A stretch of 64,000 nt of DNA from Mobula hypostoma. Its lineage: Eukaryota. The translations under genes and the position numbers were made by a program. Below, one piece after another: positions 1-12,300 of this stretch. How positions within the stretch are numbered: position 1 is the stretch's first letter; each line of letters begins with the position of its first letter. The stretch is from assembly GCF_963921235.1 (NCBI RefSeq), contig NC_086097.1:146694001-146758000 (forward strand), written 5' to 3'. The notes beneath the pieces were generated by a model. That model was given only the letters and a program-made list of their open reading frames with translations. It ran no database searches and had not been told where the DNA came from.

Positions 1-294
1 AAGACACAATGTTTATAGCTTAAGACAATGCATCCCATTGGATCATACCAAGGCCCTATCCAATTTTTTGCAATCTGTCTGTCTTGAGATAATCAACTCG
101 CCATCAGCCCTTGTATTTTTATTTTCTACTTATTTACTAGTATTTACTGTTTATTTATCTTACCTAAGTTGTCAATACATTAAAGATAACTGAAGAGCTC
201 AGTTTCCTTTGAAAATTTGCATCCTATTACTGTCAAAAACATGGAAACTACAAAATAAAAGGGCCCAAATGGGGTTGAATTCAATGTTTTACTG

Positions 295-336
295 AAATGC
301 TTTAGATATGCCTTTAAAATGCTTTAGATATGCCTT
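295..336. repeat. Tandem duplication of a 20-mer, period 22
   Basis: aaatgctttagatatgcctt at 295-314 and 317-336. Confidence 0.9.
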
Positions 337-527
337 CGCTCCTGAGTGAAGGAAGTATGAGCACTGGTGAACAAATGTCACTGGCCAAATATTAATAAAA
401 TGGAGCTGAAAGGATCCAGGTACCTTTTACTGCCGTCTCCCAGATTTATTGTAATCGCAGCGCCATATGACCCTCCCAAAGGTTAGGATTTTTTCTTTAT
501 GAAACCATCTAGAAAGTATATTCCCTC

Positions 528-1435
528 CATAGAATCATAGAATAATACAGCACAGAAACAGACCCTTTGGTTCAAATGGTCTATACCAATGACAGCATCT
601 TCCCTGCTAGTCCCAATTGCTCAATCAATCCGCGAGCTACCAAAACCCTCCCCTCCATGTACCTATCCAAATATCTCTTAAATTTTGCAATTGTAACCAC
701 CTTGGTCTCTTCCTCTGCTGCCTAGGTAATCACTACCCTCTGTGTAGAAGTTACCTCTCAGGTCTCTTTTAAATCTCTCCTCTCTTATCCTGTTTCTAAG
801 CCCTCTAGTTTTGGACTCCCCAAACCTGGGAAAAGCCTAAGACCTTATCCATACCTATTATGACTTTATAAACTCCTCTGAAGTAATCTCTCATTCTCCT
901 ATGCTCTGAGGAATAAAGATTCAGTGTGGCCATCTCTCCCTATAATTCAGGTCTAGTTCAGGCAACATTCTCATAAAGTCCTCATGAAAAACTCCAGTTT
1001 AATAATGTTGGTCCTATAACAAGCTGACCAAGACTGTATACAACACTCCAAATACTGCCTTACCAATGACATATAACTGCAGCATAATGTCCTTGCTCCT
1101 AAACTCATTGCTCTGACCAGTGAAGTCCTGCATGCTAAATGTCTACTTCCCCATCGTTTCTGCATGTTCAGCCACTTCTAGCAGGCTGTGCACTTGTACT
1201 TCCAGTTTCCTCTGTTCTACAACAATTGTCAGTGCTCTGCCATTCACTGTACAAGTCCTTCTCTGTTTGGATTACCCAAAATATATCACCCTACACCTAC
1301 CTAATTTGAAATCTATTTGCTATTCCTCAACCCATCACCCTTATCTTTGTAATTCATTGTAATCTACTCCATTATCGTCAAAACCCTCTAATTTAACATC
1401 ATAGCGAACTTGCTAATTGAGCCATATACATAATG
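528..1435 (-). mobile_element. Decayed CR1 LINE 3' fragment
   Basis: Starts with catagaatcatagaat, the reverse complement of the CR1 (ATTCTATG)n tail; ORF 971..1165 contains CR1 RT C-terminal residues YMSLVRQYLECCIQSWS. Confidence 0.85.
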
Positions 1436-1439
1436 AATA

Positions 1440-2111
1440 TGTAAGGAGATTTCTTCTTTTTAATGTCACTGCGTAGTCTAATTAAAATGGCTTCTTTGTT
1501 ATGTTAACTGCTGAGAAAGTCCTCCCGCTAGCAGTTTGTTTGGATCACGTTACTGATAAAAAGATGTTATGAGCCAATTGGGATAGTTGTTAACCTTTTG
1601 GTGTGTCTGTAAGATATTGTATGTACGGGGTTTTGGGGCAGAAGGCGGGAGAGAGAGACAGAGGATGGGCCAGGTGCTGTGAGTCCGCTAACGGGGTCGG
1701 ACCCCGAGCAGGGTGTTTGGCGAGGAGAGGAGGCGAAGACGGACTCGTGTGGAGCGTCTGGTCGACCACCGTTGTTGGTCCCAGGCGGCCGGTCGAGGTG
1801 GTCCGAGGGGTCGCAGGGTGAAGAAGAAGGGTCCTGAGCTCCAACTGTTTGTGCATGAAGAGACTGAAATTTGATAAGTGCGGCGCCTTTTATTTTCCTT
1901 TTATATTTTATTCTCTATTAATTATATAGTTCCAGTAATATCTATAAATTGTAAATTATTTAATCGTATCTGGTGTATTGTCTGTTATTTGGGCGGGGTG
2001 GGGTACATCACACAGCATCCACACAAACTATTACCCAGTTTGGCAGGGCCGAGGGCTGTTTCCCCAGACGACAGTGAGCCGATCAACCCTGAGGCTGGCC
2101 AGGGGTCTACA
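1440..2111. mobile_element. Solo LTR (672 bp), Gypsy- or ERV-type
   Basis: Termini TGTA...TACA; 4-bp TSD AATA at 1436-1439 and 2112-2115; GC/CpG-rich core in an AT-rich background; no internal region. Confidence 0.85.
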
Positions 2112-2569
2112 AATAAAAGATTGCCATCTCACATTGGTGGAGCTACCAAGAAAGTTTTTGGGGATGAACACTGTTGTTCTCCACTCAGAGTATATTCTGT
2201 ATCCCTGTAACGTTCCCTCCCCTTCTATGCTTCTTTCATAAATTACAAATCCAGAAGCATTGTTAAACATTTGAACTTGGGGAACTGCCCCTATAAGTTT
2301 CGTTATTTTTTGTTGACATGTTTTTGTTAGTTTTGGACATCAACTGCAATCAAAGTTTGCAAGGACAGACTCATGATTAAAACATGATTTTAAAAATATA
2401 TAAATTATATTTCAGTTGACTGTTTATTAAATGCAAGTATACCATTTTAAAAGTTATATTCTTTAACAACTAGAACAATTAATAATATTTTATAGCTATG
2501 TGACTAGAAATTCTGGGTGATGCTACAGATCTGTCCATGGGGGATACCTGAAAAAAAAACACATCTCAG

Positions 2570-3215
2570 AAGGAGAGGCCTGTCCATTTCACCCACTCTG
2601 AACTCTCTGGCTTTGGCCCCTTACATGGTTGCTATGGAGTTTAACATAAGTTCAAGGAAAAGCATCTTATCTGCCAACAGGACCTAATAGTGTATCCAGC
2701 AACATCAGACGAATGGCCTTTCATACTTGCGTCAGAGGAAGCCAATTCTGTTGTAAGCCTGTCAGCGTGTTAATTCAATTTTGCTTTCTCCATAGGTGTT
2801 ACCTGCTGAGCATTTCCAGCATAGACTTTTATTTCGGATTTCTAACAACTGTTGTGTTTTTCATTTCCAATTTCCAGGTTTGTTTCTCTTTTTCTTCCCT
2901 CCTGCTTATTTTCTCAATAGTTTTCCAGCCAGGTCAGCTCTGATTAATAAGCTCTCACCACCTCTCTCAGATGACGCCAACAGCATCAGTGTAGTCTGGA
3001 ATCCTTTGTTCTTCAACCTTTCCCTGGACATTCTTATTTATTTTTCCAAATGTTCTACTTTCTTTGTACCTTAAACCTGCTTGTTTTCTTGCTTTTCCAG
3101 TTCTGATGAGAGGTCATCAGCCTGAAACTTAACCCATTGTCTCTTTCTCCACAGATGGTGCCTGACATGTTGATTATTACAATGAATTTCTGCTTCTATT
3201 TTAGAGTTCTAGCAT
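2570..3215 (+). mobile_element. Old Penelope-like element 3' remnant with pLTR
   Basis: Ends in the recurring pLTR motif ctgatga(3103-3109)...gaaac...cacagatggtgcctgac; upstream sequence resembles the decayed GIY-YIG tail. Confidence 0.55.
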
Positions 3216-4173
3216 TGTCAGATTTTTCTTGGTTTTAGGACAAAAAGAAATATTGTCAAGCTAAAGCATTGCTCAATAAAGTAAGAAAAAGAAATAAAAG
3301 AAAGAGCAGCCAACTCAAACCCTCAAATCTGTACCAATATTCAACAGCATTTTCTTGCCCCACCTCTATATTCCTTGATTGCCTTAATATTTCAGAAATG
3401 AATGTACTGTATCATTGTCTTTATTGCTGTCAAAGAACTATTCTCCACTGCCCTCCATGGTAGAGAACACCAAATATTTGCTATTCTTAGAAAGAAGACA
3501 TTTCTTTTAGTTTCAGTCCTCACTGGCCTAGTCATTTCTTACTGGGATCAACAATGTAGATGTAGACAGGAAGCTTTCCTTGGCTACGGAGTCTAGAATA
3601 TCCTCTATTTACCCTAATGTGCCCTCTAAGACTTCTCTTTTATGTTCTATCAGGTAACTATTAAAACAAAACTCAGCAATTTGCTACCAAACTGAATAAT
3701 TTCACATATTTTCACATTGTAATCCATTTGTCTTGCTATTGCCCACTCCCTTAATTTGCCAATATCCCCTTGAAGTATCTTTGCATCATTATTACTAATC
3801 ACAATCCCACTTAGTTTCGTGTCAATAACAAATTTGGTCTCATTATATAGTTTGCAACCACCACTCTATCTCCATACTATGAAGAGTTCAGTACTGTCGA
3901 TGAGATGTACCCCTCATTGAATTGTGAGTAAACAATGATAGATATAAATTCTGAAATTTTAATTTCAAAAATAAACTTTATTCAAGAAACTACAGGAAAT
4001 ACTATGTCTGTCTGTCTGTCTAGGTACCATATCCGATGTGGACTTTGGTGACCATGGTTTTCCATATAGATCTATCCTTTGTTTTTTGGATGACTTCCGT
4101 TTCCTCGATGTGTAGCCACCTGGCTAGGCTTTTGATGTACATAAGCCGAGGTCTTCCTCTAGGTTTACTCCCC

Positions 4174-5378
4174 TCAATCTTTCCAGAGTATGAGTTTTTC
4201 TAGTTCATCTTTCGGCATGATGTGTCCTAGGAATCTGAGTTGTCTTTCTCTTATTGTTGGTATGAGTGATCGAACTGCTTGGGCTCTTCTGAGAACTTCT
4301 TCATTTGATGTGTGTGTGGTCCATGATATTTTTAACATTCTCCTGTAGAACCATAATTCAGCTGCTTCTAGTCTCTTTTCCATTGCTGGAGAAATGGTCC
4401 AGCATTCACTTCCATAAGTCAGGATAGAATAAATGTAGCACTGCAGTATTCTGTTTTTAGTGTACATGCTCATCTTTCTGTCTGTTAATATGGTCTTCAT
4501 TTTTTGGAAAGCTTCTTTCACCATTGCTATTCTGTATTTGATATCTCTGTTGCACCTGCCATTACTTGTTATTAGGCTGCCAAGATATTTGAATTTGTTG
4601 ACTTGTTCAATGTTTGTATTTCCGATCTTGATCACACATTGTGGGATGTTTGTCTTTCTGGAGATGACCATGCTTTCTGTCTTCTTGGTGTTGTTTGAGA
4701 GGCCTCTGCAATTACTTTCTGCTGCTACTATAGTGAGTAGTTCTTGAAGTTTTGTTTCTGAGTCAGCTATTAGTACAATGTCATCAGCATATCTGATGTT
4801 ATTTATATTATGGCCTCCAATTGCGAATCCTTTGATGTCTTTGATACTTCTCAAGATATTTTCACTATACAGGTTGAATAAGTCTGGCGAAAAGACACAA
4901 CTTTGCCTGACTCCTCTCATGATATTCACATACTCACTCACTTCTCCTTCTATTCTGATGGATGCTGTCTGGTCCCAGTATAAGTTTCTTAAGAAACGTA
5001 TATCTTTCCCATCTATGTCAAGATCTTGAAGCATTTCCAGAAGATCTTGCTGTCTGACAATGTCAAAAGCTTTTGTATAGTCAATGAAACATAGGCAGAT
5101 GTCTTTTTGTACCTGGATGGCTCGTTCACAGATCATCATGAAAATTGCATTTCTGGTTCCAGTGTTTTCCACAAAGCCGCATTGTTTTTTACTGATTTCT
5201 GGTTTTATACAGTGTCTTGCTCTCATCATGATTACTCTGAGAATAATTTTTGCCACTTGGCTCATCAGGCTTATTGTACGACGTAACTCACCTTCTGTTG
5301 CTCCCTCTTTCTTTGGAAGTGTGATGAACACTGATTTATTTAAATCATCAGGTATCTTCTCATGATCATAGATTTCAT
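4174..5378 (-). pseudogene. RTE reverse transcriptase domain (open frame; the annotated N-terminus is chimeric with the CR1 insert)
   Basis: About 400 open codons with non-LTR RT motifs including YADD; the first ~28 aa of the ORF-track protein come from the inserted CR1. Confidence 0.9.
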
Positions 5379-5786
5379 AGATTTCAATGAGGGGAGACCT
5401 CATAGAAACATTTTGAATGTTGAAAGGCATGGACAGAGTGGATGTGGCAAAGTTGTTTCCCATAATGGGGGAGTCTAGTACGAGAAGGCATGACTTAAGG
5501 ATTGAAGGGCGCCCATTCAGAACAGAAATGCAAAGGAATTTTTTTAGTCAGAGGGTGGCGAATCTATGGAATTTGTGGCCACGGGCAGCAGTGGAGGCCA
5601 AGTCACTGGGTGTATTTAAGGCAGAGATTGATAGGTATCTGAGTAGCCAGGGCATCAAAGGTTATGGTGAGAAGGCGGGGGAGTGGGACTAAATGGGAGA
5701 ATGGATCAGCTCATGATAAAATGGCGGGGCAGACTCGATGGGCCGAATGGCCGACTTCTGCTCCTTTGTCTTATGGTCTTATGGTC
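5379..5786 (+). mobile_element. 5'-truncated CR1 3' end inserted in the RTE
   Basis: ORF 5417..5692 ends RNFFSQRVANLWN (CR1 ORF2 C-terminus); tail ttatggtcttatggtc; probable TSD TTCAT at 5374-5378 and 5787-5791. Confidence 0.92.
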
Positions 5787-7787
5787 TTCATTTGCTATTT
5801 CTGTTACTTTCTCTATTCCAAAATCTTCTAAGGCCAGTATCATTTCAACAGCAATGTTGTCTGGACCAGTTGCTCTGTTATGTTTTGTTTTATTTACGGC
5901 TGCTCGAATTTCTGATTTTAGAATGCTAGGTCCTTCAAGATTCTTCTTTATGTTTGGTTTTCCTCCTCTTTGGTCTTCAAAAAGTTCTTTTATATATTCT
6001 GTCCATCTGTCTAGGATTTCCTCTTTGTTCATAATTAAGCTGCCATCTTTTGCCTTGATGCATCCACTTGCTGAGAAAGGTAATTTCCCTGTTAGTTCTT
6101 TAATCTTATTGTGCATCAACTTTGTTCCAGGGTTATGGGTTTGTAGCATTTCTATCTCTGAGCATTTCTCATTTAGCCATCCGTCTTTAGCTTCTCTGCA
6201 TTTTCTTTTTATTGTCTTATCAAGTTGTTTGTATTCTTTGCTGTCTCTTAGTTTGATGGTCTGTTTTTGTTGCATCAATTGTATTATATCTTCAGTTATC
6301 CGTTTCTTCTTAGTTTTCCGTTCTTTTCGTGGGATGGTTTCTTTTGCAGCTACAACCATGGATTCCTTCAGTATGTCCCAGGAAGATTTGCCTCCTTCAT
6401 CCTGCAGCAATTGAAAACAGTTTTTCACCTTGATTGTGTATTCTGTTTTCAGATGAGGGTTGTTTTGTAGTTGTTGATAATCCAGTGGTTCTGATCTTTT
6501 TGGTTTCTTTAAATTTCTCATCTTTATTTTCATTTTGCAAATGACTGGTATGTGGTCACTTCCACAGTCTGCTCCAGGGTAGCTCTTAGATTGAGTTATC
6601 AGGTTTTTGAATCTGTTATTGATTGTTATGTAGTCGATTTGATTTTTGTTGTTCCTATCTGGGCTTCTTCATGTCCATTTCCTTCTTGGATGTTGTTTAA
6701 ACCAAGTGTTGGTGATTATCTGATTGTTTGTTTTACACCATGATATAAGCTTTTCTCCTCTTTCATTTCTTTCTCCCAATCCCTGGTCTCCAACAATATG
6801 GTCTTCTCTTCTCTCACCAACTTTTGCATTGAAGTCACCCATAACTATGATGGCTTCTTGTGATTTGCATTCTTCTAGTGCTTTGTCTAGGGAGTGGTAG
6901 AAGGCATCAATTTCCTCCTCTGAGCTTTCCATTGTGGGTGCATATACCTGGATGATAGAGATGTTGTTTTGTTGTCCTTTTAGTTTGATTAGCATCATTC
7001 TGTCTGAGATATGCCAGTATCCTAGCAGGCTCTTGGATGTTTCTTTGTCTAACGCTTTTCATGTTTACCTCCACCAGAGTATATCATCTTGTCGTCGTCT
7101 GATTGGAATACTCCAGTGCCTTTCCATTTTATTTCACTTAGGCCTAGGATGCTGACTTCTAGCCTCTTCATTTCTAATTTTATGCTTTCTAGCTTACCAG
7201 GGTTCGAACATTCCAAGTGGCAATTCACAGTCTCTTGTTCTTGCAGACAGTAGTGGTATGACAATCCGGGCTCACCTGTCTGTCTACATGATATCCCGTA
7301 CCGAGCGAGGTGTCCGCACTATTTGGAAGTGGGCTGCCATTTACGCTGTTGTCTGTGTGTATTAACCATGGTTGTACTAGGGATAAGATACAAGAAGTAG
7401 CTTCCCCTTGCTTGCTTCCGATGCAGTGTCTTTACAAGATGGGTGACCTTGACCATTGTCCTGTTAAAGGATCTACTGCTCAGCATCTGAGAAGCAGGAA
7501 CCATCGATGGTGTTACTCACAACTTGCCTTCTGCTTCAGCCACCACCTGCATTCCGTGGCTTCACTGTAACCCAAGTAGGGAGGCTAACAGGTGCTACAC
7601 CTTGCCTAAGGGTGACCTGGAGGTAGCTGTGGTTAATGGTAATCTCATTACCCAAAGCAAATGCTCCACAGCCGGATGTAGTTTATCCTCATACCCAGGA
7701 GAGGGAAATACAATAGGTTAATTAAATATCCTTCTTTACATTCATTGAGCCATCAAATCAATGCATTCTATTTACAATGTACCAATA

Positions 7788-8005
7788 TTCAAAGTTCAAA
7801 GTAAACTTTATTAGTACATATATGTGACCATATGCAACCCTGAGATTAATTTTCTTGTGGGCATGCTCAATAAATCTATGGAATAATAAATCTAACAGAA
7901 TCAATGAAAGACTGCTCAACCAGAATGCAGAAAACAACAGACTGTGCAAATATAAGTACAAATAAAGCGCAATAAATAACGAGAACATGAAAGTGTCCTT
8001 GAAAG
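7788..8005 (-). mobile_element. Rex1/Babar-type 3' UTR fragment
   Basis: ttcaaagttcaaagtaaactttatt tail; related sequence at ~45460, ~58830-59000 and ~62640-62880, and the 45460 copy is contiguous with a Rex1 RT. Confidence 0.6.
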
Positions 8006-8059
8006 TGTCACTCATGTTTTGTCTTTCAACAAAATCAGAATCAAGTGATTGGTAGGCTG

Positions 8060-8520
8060 TTATTAGTAGCCTTTGTGGTGGCTTCTCCAAGTTTCAGTGT
8101 GCTCCCCAGCATGTCCTCTGCTATCTGGAATGTGCAGCTGGGTAGAATTTCACTTAGTGAAATTAAACAGCATGACCAACCAGCTTTGAGTAGGCTGAAG
8201 TACATTGTTTATTGAGTTGTTGATATTCTAGCAGCAGTTGATGTTTGTCTTGGTGTGCATCCCTGGGAAGAGACCTTTAAGCAGAGAATACTCATACCCA
8301 GTTGCAGAGGATGAATCTTGAGAAGGACCCTTGCATCCTTTTCCGGATAAATGCACAATCCGTAAAGAGATGAGTGATCACCTCACCTGCACTGCAGCTA
8401 CCTTGATGCCAATGTCCATTGGGAATGAATCTCTGACTGTGCAGGAAGGATCTGATGGGGTTGTCTCTTCTCACTGCCAGCCATGCAAGGTCTTGGTATT
8501 TGTTAATGAGGCATTCTGAC
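8060..8520 (-). mobile_element. L1/Tx1-type ORF2 C-terminal fossil
   Basis: Minus-strand translation gives EVITHLFTDC (CCHC knuckle remnant) and GMHTKTNINCC, typical of Tx1 ORF2 ends. Confidence 0.6.
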
Positions 8521-10689
8521 AGATAGTTATAACAGCCTATTCAGGAACCCATCTAAATAAATTTAGTTTCTAATTCTACCAACAAACGGCTGATGTGTAC
8601 TATACATGCAGATGATGTTATCATAAGCAGGAAATATGATAGTGTTATCACATCAGTATTAAGCTGAGTAGCATAGTAAGTGCCCAGTCCAATTTCCCAG
8701 TGGAGCATTTCAACAGGAAATGAGCACAAATTCTTCAAAACATGTACCAAAGCTATACATTCTTGATTCATGGATATAAGATGTAAAACTGCTGCATTTT
8801 CTAGTCCTGTATATATTTGGCTAAGTAAGCGGTTTCAAATCCCTTAGGTTGGTTTAAAAAAATTACCTTTTTGTTTTTGTCTGCAGCCCTCAGATCAGTG
8901 GTTGTAAAATTGTTTATATTTCTGAGAATAATGCTGAGGATTTGCAAGGGTTACTCTCTTACTGCTTGGTAACAAGAGAGGGATTAACATGTTCTTTCAC
9001 TTTAGTCTAATTGAGTTGAAAACTTGGAAAAATTCCACTAAGCTGAGTTTTAGAACTGCTGCCACCTGGAAGCCCATCTATAGGCTTGGGGCTGGGCGGC
9101 GATGGGGAAGGAGTTATTTTTCTTTGCAGACCTTACTACATTTAGTACCTTTTAACTCTAAACACAGGAGAACACGCTACATTTCCATAAAGGATATGTA
9201 ATGTTTCTTTTGCAATCAGGAGGAATAAGGGTTTTATTAACTTGTAATATTCCTGCCAATGAACTAGAAGAAACAGGGAACAAATATCAATGCAAATATT
9301 CCCAAAGTTTTGCCAGGAACTTGGCTACAAATTTTGGGTTGACATCGAAGATTCTTATTTCTCACTTGAATAGGTTCCCCTTTTTGTGTGGGGTTGTAGA
9401 AGTTCACTGAACCTGCCACAATCTCCTCCATCCTGAATATCCACTGCATACCAAATAGAGTAATGGCTATGTTGATCAGTCTGCAATTTTATTCCACAAC
9501 ATTCTTGTTTTCTCCAGGGGAAGAGAACAAAGAAATGAAAGCAAAATGATCACTTCCTATGCCAAACGCCCACTCTCCTCCCCACAATTGTGTGCACGAA
9601 TTCTCAGAAAAAAATCCTCATTGGGCATATTGAACTTATCATTACATGATGTGTAATAATCATTACTGATGATTTTTTTAAAAACCAAAATGCTTCTTGA
9701 AATTCTTTAACAAGAGTAAGGGAAAGCAATAACTGAATTGGAAAAATAAGATGGGAGAAAATGACCCCAGGTAACTGTTATTTACTACTATACATCTTAA
9801 TTGCCTTCTGAAAATTTCCTGTGAACTTTTTTCCCTTTCAGGCAAAACATTTAAGATCAGTAAATAGAAAAAGGTTGAGCTGCTTTAAAGTTAAGATTTC
9901 TAGTGTACAGATGTAATCTCAGAATTTGGAGCAAAGTCTTCACTACTTGTTTCCATCCTGTCCTTACATTCATTTGGACTAATTCTGATATTTGCTCCAG
10001 ATTCCAGCAACTGCAGTCTCTTGTGTCTGCATGTTAGAATTTGGTGGGGCAGTATGCTTAAAAATAAATCTGTTGTATACTTCAAAGCTTTAAAGAAAGT
10101 GGTTCTACTTGAGAAGTAAAAGTCCGTCTTATCTATGAGTTTCAGGCTTTCATTTTTTATTATGACAGAAGACTTCCGGATAATTCTGCCAAACAAAAGC
10201 TTCTCATTTTTCTTCTAACAACAGACTTTTCAGTCTTTCTTCAAATGTTGTAAGATTACATTCAGTACTTTCATCTAGTACAGTTAAGATGTCAGTTCCC
10301 TGAATGATTGGAGCTGTGATTATGAATTCTGGCAAATCTCGGATGTATGTCATTCTGTCTGGCTTTAGAGTGAACTGTTTTCAGCTATGAAATAATAATA
10401 CTCACTGAGTCTTATCATGGCAAAACATCTCAGAGTTATTAACACAATGAATCACAACACATGGGGAAACGTGGAAGCACTTTTGCATCAAGCAACGTCC
10501 CAGAGGCAGCATTGAAAAAGAAGTAAATCTGCCTTTTGTAATGACATTGGAATGGTAAGTGTTGGCCTGGGAATACTCTCTGTATTTTCTTTAAATAATT
10601 CTGTGAGATCTTTGACATCCCTCTGTGCCATCAGATAGGATGTTGCTCTCGAGGGAGAGAAACACTAACCTTGGAGCTTTTCCAAGGCA

Positions 10690-11242
10690 CATGGAGTTCA
10701 ACCCAGATAAGTGTGAAGTGGTTCATTTTGGTGGGTCAAATATGATGACAGAATATAGTATTAATGGTAAGACTCTTGGCTGTGTGGAGGATCAGAGGGA
10801 TCTTGGGGTCTGAGTCCATAGGACCCTCAAAGCTGCTGCGCCGGTTGACTCCGTGGTTAAGAAGGCATATGGTGCATTGGTCTTCATCAATCATGGGATT
10901 GAGTTTAGGAGCAGAGAGATAATGTTGCAGCTATATTGGACTCTGGTCAGACCTCCACTTGGAGTACCGTGCTCAGTTCTGGTTGCCTCACTACAGGAAG
11001 GATGTGGAAACCATAGAAAGGGTGCAGAGGAGATTTACAAGGATGTTGCCTGGAATGGGGAGCATACCTTATGAGAATAAGTTGAGTGATCTCGGCCTTT
11101 TCTCCTTGGAGACACGGAGGATGAGAGATGACCTGATAGAGGAGTATAAAATGATGAGAGGCATAGATCGTGTGGATAATCAGAGACTTTTTCCCAGGAC
11201 TGAAATGGCTAGCACGAGAGGGCACAGTTTTAAGGTGCTTGG
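10690..11242 (+). mobile_element. CR1 LINE ORF2 3' fragment
   Basis: MEFNPDKCEVVHFG, EYRAQFWLPHYRKDVETIERVQRRFTRMLPG, TRGHSFKV. Confidence 0.95.
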
Positions 11243-11849
11243 CCAGTATTCTTTACTTTGGTTGAGCAAATTGATTCTAAGGGACAGTAGAGATTTACCT
11301 TGAGCATTTGTGTAAATTGGACAGGTGAAAATCAGTTACATTTCTTCTCCATGGCTGCCTTTCATGAAGAAGTTGACTGTTATATGTTAAGACTATTACA
11401 TTATTTCTGATTAAGCAACAAAATATGATAAAATATTCACTTTTAAAATGAGCATATTTGCTCCTTAGGCTAATGCAAAAGAACACTTGTTGAAAAACAA
11501 AGGAATTGATTTCTCTTATCTAGCATTGCAAAGGCATTTTACATAATTATTACCTCACTGATATTTATAGGATCATGTTTTTTAAAAAAATTTCTTACTG
11601 TTTCCCTGAATTATAATTTTAATGACACTTCAAAAATATGTTGTTACTTGTGCAGTGTTTTGAAATCTAAGTTCATAAAAGGCATTTCTTTTCTTTTTCA
11701 ATTCTTACAGTGAATTGTAATGAAGAAGGCTTGAACTGTGCCCCTCCTCAGATATTAATTTTACCCTTTCTGTCTACAAACATGTGCCATCTCATGTTTT
11801 TTTCTGTATTCAATTCCATCTACCATTCTAATGACTGTACTGCTAGCTT

Positions 11850-12300
11850 ATCAAGTTCAAGTTTAATTGTCATTCAACCATGTACATGTATACAGCTAAT
11901 GAATAAAACAATGTTCCTCCAGGGCTAAGGTGAGTCACACACACTGTGCAGTTGCACACAGCGTATATAGTTATGTTAGCACATACAGTCACAAAGTGAT
12001 ATTAACATATGACCTGAAGATGCATAGGATGTTGCTCTGGCACCACATTCCTGCAAGAACAAGTACGCAGCAGTTCCTCATCTCCTGCAGCTGAAGGCAA
12101 TCTAGCTTGTCTTCCAGGGAGCAAACACTAGAGAGCAGCACTGACGGGGGGGTGGGGGGCAGTGGGGGAGCTGGCCCACAGGGGCCAGCACCCAACTTCC
12201 CCACACTACCTTCAGTATCTCCTCCACCGGGTGCCTGCCCTTGGGCATGGAGTCCAACACACTCACTGTGCCCTCTGTTCTCTCTCATACCTCCTCCAGC
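11850..12300 (-). mobile_element. Internally deleted Rex1-type element
   Basis: ORF 11989..12399 contains PSVLLSSVCSLEDKLD...RNCCVLVL, like the Rex1 endonuclease N-terminus, joined to a Rex1-like tail near 11850. Confidence 0.55.

Larger units (their letters stand above)
4006..7630 (-). mobile_element. Near full-length RTE-clade LINE, disrupted
   Basis: APE endonuclease motifs (ILGLSEIKW, IIQVYAPT, VMGDFNAKVG in ORFs 7049..7264 and 6669..6998), linker (5706..6533), RT (FIDYTKAFD, GVRQSCVFSP, YADD in 4174..5463); (CAGA)n tail at ~4006-4022; 5' UTR-like sequence to ~7630. Confidence 0.95.

Noticed and set aside
5683..6414. 243-aa plus-strand ORF
   Set aside because: Antisense shadow of the RTE ORF fused to the CR1 tail.
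9900..10395. Minus-strand acceptor-like site (ttattatttcatag) followed by short open frames
   Set aside because: All frames hit stops and no protein family is recognisable, so an exon cannot be supported without homology or RNA data.
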